A program made the translations under genes and the position numbers. Of a stretch of DNA of 64,000 nt, positions 7,754-16,116 are shown in pieces. Under the pieces are notes generated by a model that was not told the DNA's origin, did not search any database, and saw nothing but the letters and a program-made list of their open reading frames with translations. Within the stretch, counting starts at the first letter, position 1; the number at the start of each line of letters is the position of its first letter. Origin of the DNA: a virus; the IMG/VR virus record IMGVR_UViG_3300020048_000073, positions 1 through 64,000 of that record; one strand, 5' to 3'.

Positions 7754-10009
7754 TTAGTGGGTGTACTGAAGTATTTTATTGCTTACTGAAATTTGATCTT
7801 TAATTACATTTGATAATACAATCAATCTTGTCAACTGTTCTGACATTTTACCGTTGTTATTGTCTATTAAATCAATGTGATTGCTAGATTTAATTTTGAT
7901 TGAATCGCCTTTGCCTGTGGGAATCACTGCCTCAGTTCCGTGAAGCGTTGCTTCATACCCACTTGTAGGTCCAGATATCACTCCTCCGGTAGCCGCACTG
8001 GGTTTGGCTGTTACCATTTCTAATGCTCGACTTTGTTCATCAATAAATCTATTTTGAACACTGGCTCGAACCCCAGGAGTGCTACTGGTGAACTTAGTAG
8101 CTCGTTCAGCATAAATGGCTTTTATTAAATCTTTTTCAGACATACCTGGTCGATAAACAGATTCAAATATTTTTCTTGCCCCTGCCGCACCGTGCTGAAC
8201 AGATGTACTCCACATTACTTCTTGTAAGGCACCGCTGTTAGAAATCATTTGTTGCAGTGGCACATTTGTCAACTGTGTAATTGCTTTGTCATAATGAGTC
8301 GATTTAATAAATTTATGTTCAGAATCTCCCAGTACACCTTCAGAGGCTAGAGCTTGCCATTCTTGAGCAAATTTTCCAGTTTTACCTGAATCTGCTGGTC
8401 CGGCATTTTTTAATCTTTCATAGGCTTTTGGATTATCTTGTTTTAGAAAATCCATAAATTTATCCATAGTACCTGTTTTAGTGGCAATTTGATATTTGCC
8501 ATAGCTGGTTCCACCTGTTGAGTCATACCCAATGGCTTGACTTCCCCTACTACCTGATTCATATTTGGCTGCTAAACTTCCCAATCCAGATACACCAGCA
8601 ATGGGTTTTGTAATGGCTTTTTCCCCGGGAGCGGCTATTGGTTTGGCACCAGGTATTATTTTTATCAATAATTCATTTAGTGCCACAAACGCAGTTAATG
8701 CCGGTGCTATCCCAGCCGCAACAATATTATCTTTGGTCAACGCAAGTTTTCTGTTGGCTGCTGCTATTTCTGCCGCATTTTTTGTACCTTTGTCAGTTAC
8801 TGTTAATTCGGTTTTGCTAGTCTGTTGCCGTTGATCAAATGTTTTGTCAGCCATTATTTTATTGTAAGTGGCTATGTCCAAATACATACTTGCAGTTTCA
8901 CTTTGATAAAGATTTAATCCTCTAACTAATCCGGCTGTGCGTTTGGCATCTCTCTGTAATGCATCTGTAATTTGCTTTTCATCTTTTACACCGCCTAAAA
9001 TTAACTCAGCGGCTTCGGGAAAACTTTTTTGAAATTTAGAAGCTTCTTCAGAATTGCCTACAATGCCAACAGATAAATCTCTAAACCCACGAGCCATGTC
9101 TTCACCGTACAGTCCGGTAAATTTTTGATTGATAGCAGTTAATTTTGTTACTGCTTCGGGATCACGTTTACCTAACTCAGTGAGATAACTACCAAATCTA
9201 GCTTCGTTTTGTGCTGCAAACGCAATTTGTTCTAGTGCTTTGGTATTCAACCCGGTTATTTTAGTCAAATTACGTTGAGTTTTTATCCATTCACGAGTGC
9301 CTTTGGTTCTATCATCGTGATTAAGTTTAGTTGATCTACCAAGTAGGGCTTGATGTCTAGTGTAGGCCATTAGGCCTTCATTGACTGCCTCAGTAGACAT
9401 ACCCATTTCATAAAATTCTGTGTCAGATCCGCCAGCCAACAATTCTTCTGACACTTTTCCTAGTTCTTTTAGTCCTTTATTAGTGGTTCCGCCTACTCTA
9501 GCCAAGATGTCTGAATTGGCCTTGACCATGTTACTGTAGGAATCCATTTCATCTAAAGAAAAACTAAATTCATGTAAATTAGCCAGTAAACCTTTCATGC
9601 CTTCAGATCCAGTAGCGCCCACAGTGGACAAATCTTGATAGTTTTTAAATAAGGTATCAGATGCTGCTAAGGATGCTTTGCCTAATCCCGCCAGTGCCAA
9701 TGCACCGTTAGAAGCAAGCCTACCCCATCCTTTTGATTTTTTAGATAATGCACCAACAACGCCGGCGCCTGCATCTAGTACAGATCCGTATTTTTTTGCG
9801 CCCCGCTCAGAAGAAATGGTTGCTGTAAGTATTGAACTACCCAAACGTTTAAAACTTTGTTCAATAGCATCAGTATGATTTTTAACACCGCTAGCTATGT
9901 CTGAATACGCTTTGGCTAAATGTTCAGGTATGGGTTTACCTTCTTGTTGCAAGCGTGCTATTTCAGACTGTACTTCTAATATTTCTTCAGCAGTGTATTC
10001 ATCAGCCAT
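7754..10009 (-). CDS. Tape-measure-like virion protein carrying a lysozyme-fold peptidoglycan hydrolase domain (VgrG3 C-terminal-like)
   Basis: Helical A/G-rich N-terminal two thirds; LGSLAAKYESG...GGTSYGKYQI...LQEVMWSTSVQHG...V.NRF..E muramidase-like domain; C-terminal GGVISGP.SGY.ATLHGTEAVIP. Confidence 0.7.
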   Translation of the reverse strand: MADEYTAEEILEVQSEIARLQQEGKPIPEHLAKAYSDIASGVKNHTDAIEQSFKRLGSSILTATISSERGAKKYGSVLDAGAGVVGALSKKSKGWGRLASNGALALAGLGKASLAASDTLFKNYQDLSTVGATGSEGMKGLLANLHEFSFSLDEMDSYSNMVKANSDILARVGGTTNKGLKELGKVSEELLAGGSDTEFYEMGMSTEAVNEGLMAYTRHQALLGRSTKLNHDDRTKGTREWIKTQRNLTKITGLNTKALEQIAFAAQNEARFGSYLTELGKRDPEAVTKLTAINQKFTGLYGEDMARGFRDLSVGIVGNSEEASKFQKSFPEAAELILGGVKDEKQITDALQRDAKRTAGLVRGLNLYQSETASMYLDIATYNKIMADKTFDQRQQTSKTELTVTDKGTKNAAEIAAANRKLALTKDNIVAAGIAPALTAFVALNELLIKIIPGAKPIAAPGEKAITKPIAGVSGLGSLAAKYESGSRGSQAIGYDSTGGTSYGKYQIATKTGTMDKFMDFLKQDNPKAYERLKNAGPADSGKTGKFAQEWQALASEGVLGDSEHKFIKSTHYDKAITQLTNVPLQQMISNSGALQEVMWSTSVQHGAAGARKIFESVYRPGMSEKDLIKAIYAERATKFTSSTPGVRASVQNRFIDEQSRALEMVTAKPSAATGGVISGPTSGYEATLHGTEAVIPTGKGDSIKIKSSNHIDLIDNNNGKMSEQLTRLIVLSNVIKDQISVSNKILQYTH

Positions 10010-10017
10010 AGTTTACT

Positions 10018-12048
10018 TTACATTTGTCTCTGTAATATTTTTTTAGAAACAGACACTTGTGCTTCCATGTTTTTAACAATATCATCTAAGGTAGATAATA
10101 CACCTGACAGCAATTCTGATTGATCGTTTAATACCCCACTTAAATCAGGCATGTCAACGGGAATAGTTTTACCGTCAGGTAACGGCACTACGGCTTCTGT
10201 GCCGTGCAGGGTAGCTGTGTATCCACTTCTTGGCCCTGACACAACTCCCCCATTTGCGTACCCACGTTGTTTATCGGGAGTTTTGGGACCTGCTACGTCT
10301 GTGGCTGCAGTAGTTGTCGGAGATTTTGGCGCTGTACTAGACGGTGCTTCAGGCAACGGAGCTGGATTGGACATTGGTTCTTTTTTTGATCCAGTTGTTT
10401 TATCTGAAGATGGTGTTTCTGGACTACCTGCTGGTACTTCTTTTTGTGAGTTTGTTTTAGTAGTTTCAGGTTTAGGCACAGTAACAGGTTTGGGTGGGGT
10501 CGACGCTCTGGGGGTTCCATCAGCATTGACATTACCTGCTTCTTGTTCTTTTTTAGTTAACTCCCCAGCTGCCCCGGCATTAATTGACTCTGCAGTGGAT
10601 CCTTGACTGGCAGCTACGTTTTGCTTATCAGCTTCAGCAGCCCCACCGCGGCGATTTCGCCCAAACGGATTCAATAAAAAATCTATAGCATTGGCAAATC
10701 CAGCCAGTGTGGCTGTGACAGGCATAATTCCTAAATTTGTCAAACTGTCAAATGCCTGTGTGATATTTTGTTGTGATATGTCTAACTCAACAGCCGATTT
10801 GGTTGCTTTGTCTGTGGCATTTAATTCTTTATCGGCTGCTTTTTCGCTGTCGCTGGCATTTTTACGATCTACTGCTGAGTTACTTGACTGTACTCCCAAG
10901 AAGGCTTTATTTTCGCCTGTTACCTGTCTAATTGTATTAATTGATGTGCCATATTCCTGTACATCTCGCTTTAATATATCTGCTATTTCATTTTGACTAG
11001 CCCCTCTAGCAATAGCAGCCGCCGCATTGGGCACTGTTCTCAATGCCGCTAGAGCTTTTTCGTTAAGTGTTCCTCCGGCACGCAATGATCGGTACGCTTC
11101 GCCTAATTCTTTACTGCGACTTTCCATCATTCTGTTTTCGCCCAGAATACGAGTCTTGCGCTCTTCATAATCGTCCATTGCTTCTTTTGTACCAACGTTT
11201 AGAGCTTTTTCATATTCTAAATTTAAATAAGATCCCAGTTGTGCGTCAGTCACCGCACGCTGGTCAGCATCCATTAAATCCTTTTGACTCATGCCAGTCA
11301 ACTTGCTGGCTTTCAATAACTCTTCAGCATACGCAATGCCGCCGTCTATCAAATCTTGGTCGGTCATTTTTTGACTTTGACCCAGTGTGGCCTGCAGTTT
11401 GGCATAACTTAGTGTAGAGTTAGCAATGGCTTCTGAACTCATGCCCAGCAAACGTAAATTTTTACCAGCGCCACTGTCACGAATAGTTTTGGTAATGTCA
11501 CCCATCCTAGCAGCACCTTCATTGGCAGTGTTGCCAAAACGCACAAGTGTGTCTGAGTTGGACTGTAACAATGATGTGTATTCACCTATCTTGTCAACTG
11601 TAAATCCAAAATCTTGTAGATTTTCAAACACACCACGCATGCCTTTGGCACCAGTAATACCAGTTTGACTTAGATCTTGATAAGTTTTAAAAAGTGCGTC
11701 AGATTGTTTTGCCACTGCTGTTACAAATAAAGTAAGACCTTTTGTGGCTAAACCAGCTGCCATACCCAACGGGCCAAATTTCATTGCAAAATCACTAAAC
11801 GCATCAGCACCTGCTGTCAATGCTCCGTTGTATTTGGAAGCACCGCGTTCGTTACTCAGTACAGAGGTCAACAGAGATGATCCAAACTGTTTCAACGATC
11901 CTTCTAATTGTCTTGAGTAATTTTTTATGCCAACAGTAGCATCTTTGTAGCGTTGCGCCAATTCTTTAGATATTGGTATACCTTCAGCTTGAGCTCGAGT
12001 GTATTCAGCTTGGATGTCTTTTAATTCTTGTAGTGAAAAGTTAGCCAT
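10018..12048 (-). CDS. Tape-measure-like virion protein, paralogue of 7754..10009
   Basis: Similar N-terminus (SDALFKTYQDLS vs SDTLFKNYQDLS) and C-terminus (GGVVSGPRSGYTATLHGTEAVVP; QVSVSKKILQ vs QISVSNKILQ). Confidence 0.65.
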   Translation of the reverse strand: MANFSLQELKDIQAEYTRAQAEGIPISKELAQRYKDATVGIKNYSRQLEGSLKQFGSSLLTSVLSNERGASKYNGALTAGADAFSDFAMKFGPLGMAAGLATKGLTLFVTAVAKQSDALFKTYQDLSQTGITGAKGMRGVFENLQDFGFTVDKIGEYTSLLQSNSDTLVRFGNTANEGAARMGDITKTIRDSGAGKNLRLLGMSSEAIANSTLSYAKLQATLGQSQKMTDQDLIDGGIAYAEELLKASKLTGMSQKDLMDADQRAVTDAQLGSYLNLEYEKALNVGTKEAMDDYEERKTRILGENRMMESRSKELGEAYRSLRAGGTLNEKALAALRTVPNAAAAIARGASQNEIADILKRDVQEYGTSINTIRQVTGENKAFLGVQSSNSAVDRKNASDSEKAADKELNATDKATKSAVELDISQQNITQAFDSLTNLGIMPVTATLAGFANAIDFLLNPFGRNRRGGAAEADKQNVAASQGSTAESINAGAAGELTKKEQEAGNVNADGTPRASTPPKPVTVPKPETTKTNSQKEVPAGSPETPSSDKTTGSKKEPMSNPAPLPEAPSSTAPKSPTTTAATDVAGPKTPDKQRGYANGGVVSGPRSGYTATLHGTEAVVPLPDGKTIPVDMPDLSGVLNDQSELLSGVLSTLDDIVKNMEAQVSVSKKILQRQM

Positions 12049-12078
12049 AAGTATATTACTATTTATTAAAGGTAAATC

Positions 12079-12918
12079 ATGGCTATTAACAACCCACTAA
12101 ATCAATATTTTCGACACCCTACTATCTACATTAGATTGCCCTCTCAAGGCAATTATTATGAGCCTGGCAGCATAGAAATGACAGAATCACGCGAATTTCC
12201 TGTTTTACCCATGACAGCCATTGATGAAATCACGTACAGAACGCCAGATGCCTTGTTTAACGGTGAAGCAGTCGCTACAGTTATTCAAAGCTGTATGCCC
12301 AATATCAAAAACGCTTGGGCAGTTCCATCGATAGATTTTGAAACTATTTTGGTGGGAATTAGAATAGCCAGTTACGGGCCAGAAATGAACTTTGACAGTA
12401 CTTGCCCATCATGTTTGACCTCAACAGAACACGCAATTGATTTGCGATTAATTTTAGATCAAATTGGCTCCGCTGATTATTCTAAAGAACTGCAACACGA
12501 CGACCTAACACTGTATTTTAAACCGTTGACATATCGAGATCTCAACGATAACAATAAATTTCAATTTGAAAATCAAAAAACAGCAGAATATCTACAAGGT
12601 AAAGACGTAACTGATGAGAAAAAAATGGAAGTTATCAGTCAAACCATTATGAAAATAACTCAATTGACAGTAAAAGCATTGACTAATAGTATCAAAGCTA
12701 TTAAAACGCCTACTACATTAGTCAGCGAAAGCAATTACATTGAGGATTTTTTAAACAACTGTGATAGAAAACTGTTTAAACGTGTAGAAGAAACAGTAAC
12801 TGATCTCAAATCAGCAACAGAAATAAAACCTCTTAAAATTAAATGCCCGAGCTGTCAACACGAGTATCAGCAGTCGCTAACGTTGGACATGGCAAATTTT
12901 TTCGCGGACGCCTCTTAG
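12079..12918 (+). CDS. gp26: Baseplate hub assembly protein, T4 gp26-like
   Basis: NPL..YFR.P.IYI.LPSQG, PMTAIDEI, IRIASYG, two CxxC pairs (CPSC, CPSC), ends ...MANFF. Confidence 0.8.
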   Translation: MAINNPLNQYFRHPTIYIRLPSQGNYYEPGSIEMTESREFPVLPMTAIDEITYRTPDALFNGEAVATVIQSCMPNIKNAWAVPSIDFETILVGIRIASYGPEMNFDSTCPSCLTSTEHAIDLRLILDQIGSADYSKELQHDDLTLYFKPLTYRDLNDNNKFQFENQKTAEYLQGKDVTDEKKMEVISQTIMKITQLTVKALTNSIKAIKTPTTLVSESNYIEDFLNNCDRKLFKRVEETVTDLKSATEIKPLKIKCPSCQHEYQQSLTLDMANFFADAS

Positions 12919-13133
12919 CTCTAGCACCTGAAGAAATAGAAAAACTGCTTGAGCAGTTTGACACCGAAGTAAGGACTATTAGCAAAGAGGCGACAGACAT
13001 CGCATGGTACAGTAGAGGATCCCTGATGTGGTCTGATGCCTTTGCTCTGTCTCCAGATCAAAGAAAAATATGGAATGATATGATCAAAGATCATCTTGAA
13101 ACAACGAAGAAAAGTGGATTACCTTTCTTTTAA
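12894..13133 (+). CDS. gp51-like hub assembly chaperone, probably expressed as a -1 frameshift extension of gp26
   Basis: WYSRGSL.WSDAFALSPDQRK...LETTKKSGLPFF; ORF 12843..13133 is in the -1 frame relative to gp26 and spans the slippery run AAATTTTTTC (12894-12903). Confidence 0.65.
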   Translation, partial: KFFRGRLLALAPEEIEKLLEQFDTEVRTISKEATDIAWYSRGSLMWSDAFALSPDQRKIWNDMIKDHLETTKKSGLPFF

Positions 13134-13194
13134 AACTTTCAGTTAACACAATACAATTTTTTAAAAGAATTTAAATTTGATATATTTTTGTGTT

Positions 13195-13645
13195 ATTTCA
13201 AGACCTACTTCGTAAGTCTATTGTTTCGCTATCGCTCACAATATTTTTTTAATTGATTGCTTTTAAGATACTTCATCTAGACCTTTCAGTCATAGTTCAC
13301 CCGACAAACGGGTGAACGTAACGGGACTTCATCTGAGCCTCACAGTCATTTATTATAAAGAGATTCGTAATACACTTACGACGGAGGCGGTTGATCGGTA
13401 CCCCCTACTCTAGCTTCACATCTCAACGGAACCCTAGTGACCCAATAATAAATCCAAGTCCTATAAGCATGGGTCGTATCTTTTTCAACGGAGCCCAAAC
13501 CATTTGTTGCCTTAAGTTAGCTTTTTCCTTTGACACCCGAGTGAGCATTTGCTCCTTCTATCCGAATATGGTATCGCACATATCCTCAACGGGGATCGAG
13601 CATTCTCGATCAAACAGAGTCGTTTAGTTGCCTTACTGTGTTGTT
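13195..13645 (-). ncRNA. Candidate large structured non-coding RNA (or ssDNA-structured origin)
   Basis: Longest non-coding gap in the window, with many nested inverted repeats, three TCAACGG copies, two GTTGCCTTA copies and a 24-nt direct repeat; a G-U wobble at 13201-13219 favours minus-strand folding. Confidence 0.55.
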
Positions 13646-13649
13646 TGTA

Positions 13650-14084
13650 TTACTGTTTGATTTTATTTTTTATATGCGATCCATGTACACGAACGCTGAT
13701 CTGTCCGTTGTAATAATCGTCTGACTCTAGTACTCTATGATTAAATTGTTCTCGGGCTTCAACATAACTACATTCTGCCTTTGATTTACAATAAAATAAT
13801 ATTTCCCTTGTGAAGTTGTCAGCGCCTAGCGCCAGTATGTCTTGATTGAGTTGTTCGTTGCTGCCATAGTATTGTTGCCAGTCTGATTCTATTTTGCTTC
13901 GTATTTTTTTGCGCTTCTTGATGCCGTTCTTTTGTTTTACTATTCGATATGTTGTCTTACTAAATTTTGCTAGTTTTTTGCCTATGTATTTTCGGCCTGT
14001 TGCAAGATTTGTTATTAAATAAACAAACCCAACACAGTCCTCGGGTAATTCAATAATTGTAGTGTTTTCGTACAGCCATACCAT
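13650..14084 (-). CDS. Minimal GIY-YIG family endonuclease (Seg-like catalytic domain only)
   Basis: GFVYLITN...RKYIGKK, YYGS, FTREIL...E, YYNG motifs; 144 aa with a K/R-rich insertion; TAACTA box 7 nt upstream. Confidence 0.85.
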   Translation of the reverse strand: MVWLYENTTIIELPEDCVGFVYLITNLATGRKYIGKKLAKFSKTTYRIVKQKNGIKKRKKIRSKIESDWQQYYGSNEQLNQDILALGADNFTREILFYCKSKAECSYVEAREQFNHRVLESDDYYNGQISVRVHGSHIKNKIKQ

Positions 14085-14117
14085 AGACTAGTAGTTATGA
14101 CTGTACACCTACAATAG

Positions 14118-15617
14118 TTAATTTTTTTCTGCATTTAAATGATAAATTAGTTTTTTTGGTTTTGTATTGGTTATTTGATAATCATCTAGTAGATTTGACA
14201 TTTTTTTTAGTTCTGCTCGAGAATTAGGTTGACTGTATCCTAGATCAAAGCTGATCTCATGCAGTTCAACTCTTCTTCGAATTCGCTCAACTAAATTTAA
14301 ATCTGGATTGTCCAGTGATAGCCAGGCATACAAAGTGTCAGAATTGTTGTGATCTGCATCTTCAATTTGATATAATTGATCTCTGTATAACGGAGTATCT
14401 TTTATTATGTGCATAGTAGTGCCCCATCGTATCATAAAAATTGTTCCCATATCAGAATAAATTTTGTAACGATGCAACCGATCTATATTGATATAGTGGT
14501 CTTCTAAGGTTTCTTCTGGGTGTCCTACTATCATAAGAAAAATATTTGGAATAGCCCATCGACCGCATTGTTCCAAATGATAATCAATACTATGGTCATT
14601 AAATTTTTTCTTCATTGCGTTGCGTATTTTTTCACTGAAACTTTCTATGCCTACTGTAATTTGCCTTACACCTGCGTAATGCATCAGCTCGTACATGATC
14701 TTGGGTTGATTAACACTGTCTCGACAAATAAATTGTCCGCTATAACTAATATCTTGCAAGAATGAATCTTTTGCTTTTGCTTCGACCAACAAATGATTAA
14801 AACGAATCCAATTGGACACACTACCGTTTATTAAACTGTCAGTGAATTCAAATCTCTTGATATTGTATTCCTTGGCATGGGCAACCATCTCAGCTACCAA
14901 ACTCTCAGGAGATCGATATCGAAATTTAGGCCATATGGTTTCGATGTCACAAAACGTGCATTTTCGAACACATCCTCGACTACCAGTGATTAATAAACGA
15001 CTGTCTTGATATTGAGAAAAATCTACCGGACTGTAGTCAGGCAACGGCAACTGATCAAGGTCTTTGATTTGTACGACATTATTTTTATCTAAACCCGGAT
15101 GTGTTCGATCAGTTAACAATGCCTCTAGACTTTGTTCGCCTTCGCCAAATATAACATGATCTGCCCAATCTTGATCTAAAATCTGTTGACCAAACGTGGT
15201 ATAATCTGTAATTGCTTTTAACGAGCTACTAACTCCAGCACCCCCAACCAACAACATGCAATTGGGAATTTGTTCTCGAATCATGGGCAATAATAACTGT
15301 GCAAAAGTTATGCTATTAAAAGTAAACACACTAACTCCAATACAGTCGGGTTGTTGTAAAATCCAACCTTGAATTTTTTCTTGTAAAAAAGCAGTAATAG
15401 TAGTTTGCACCCGCGGCTCTAACGGTGCAATTAACTCACACCAGTTGTGCATATTTTCCAAATCTAAGTTGTTAAGAGCTTGGTGCAATTCTAAATTAAG
15501 ATCAGACACAGCAACATCAAATCCGTTGTTTTTAAAAATTGGAGTAATGGCGGCTATGCCCGCCGATGGATAAAGCGACTCAGCCAACGGAATACTAACT
15601 AATATTGCTTTTTTCAA
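14118..15617 (-). CDS. B12-binding radical SAM protein (class B methyltransferase-like)
   Basis: N-terminal cobalamin-binding-like region (P.AGIA.I, IGVSVF, VGGAG, FGEGE) and SRGCVRKCTFC CxxxCxxC; VGIES, IVGHPEET. Confidence 0.9.
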   Translation of the reverse strand: MKKAILVSIPLAESLYPSAGIAAITPIFKNNGFDVAVSDLNLELHQALNNLDLENMHNWCELIAPLEPRVQTTITAFLQEKIQGWILQQPDCIGVSVFTFNSITFAQLLLPMIREQIPNCMLLVGGAGVSSSLKAITDYTTFGQQILDQDWADHVIFGEGEQSLEALLTDRTHPGLDKNNVVQIKDLDQLPLPDYSPVDFSQYQDSRLLITGSRGCVRKCTFCDIETIWPKFRYRSPESLVAEMVAHAKEYNIKRFEFTDSLINGSVSNWIRFNHLLVEAKAKDSFLQDISYSGQFICRDSVNQPKIMYELMHYAGVRQITVGIESFSEKIRNAMKKKFNDHSIDYHLEQCGRWAIPNIFLMIVGHPEETLEDHYINIDRLHRYKIYSDMGTIFMIRWGTTMHIIKDTPLYRDQLYQIEDADHNNSDTLYAWLSLDNPDLNLVERIRRRVELHEISFDLGYSQPNSRAELKKMSNLLDDYQITNTKPKKLIYHLNAEKN

Positions 15618-16083
15618 GTATCTTTTCCTTTAACACAACAACAAGATCGCTATTGCTGGATCTTCCAACAACTCGGTCAATAGTTACATCTCTGTTGTTG
15701 GTTCCTAAACTGTCTAAGCGTCCCTGCAGGTCTTTTTCTCTGTAGTATTTAAAAAAATCTTGGGTAATTGAAAATTGTAAACAATGACTCTGCATTTCAA
15801 CATTGCCTAACCATTTATTAATCAAAAATCCGTTAATTCGTAATATAGGATCTATACCCCATGGCTCAAAAAACACACAGATCTTCTGCGACTCTTCTGA
15901 ATTTTTAATTACCCAATTGTGCGACGAGGTTTTGGCTATGTCGATCTCGTTTGCTGTTAGCCTACTATTGACCAACTGTTTGTGTTCCAACTCAATTTGA
16001 ATTTTATTCATGTTTTTTATTGAGTATAATTTGAAGAAAATGTTTAGGACCAGCGTTGCGTAAATAAAAATTATCTTTAACAA
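15595..16083 (-). CDS. Hypothetical protein (true start possibly ATG 16011)
   Basis: ORF between gp46 and the B12 radical SAM gene, overlapping the latter; no motif recognised. Confidence 0.55.
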   Translation of the reverse strand: MLKIIFIYATLVLNIFFKLYSIKNMNKIQIELEHKQLVNSRLTANEIDIAKTSSHNWVIKNSEESQKICVFFEPWGIDPILRINGFLINKWLGNVEMQSHCLQFSITQDFFKYYREKDLQGRLDSLGTNNRDVTIDRVVGRSSNSDLVVVLKEKILEKSNIS

Positions 16084-16116
16084 TAATGTCGTCCATAAAT
16101 TATTTCATCCTTGATT

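Noticed and set aside
13255-13345. Hammerhead-like string on the minus strand (CAGAUGA-AGUC...GACU-GAAA)
   Set aside because: Core has A at the conserved U4 position and I could not form convincing stems I and III; the pattern is explained by the direct repeat
13391-13627. 78-aa plus-strand ORF inside the structured tract
   Set aside because: TTG start, no protein-like motif, lies within dense inverted repeats; probably spurious
13134-13649. Group I intron, tRNA or CRISPR array in the non-coding tract
   Set aside because: No interrupted gene, no recognisable P7 elements or cloverleaf, and no run of three or more equal repeats with spacers
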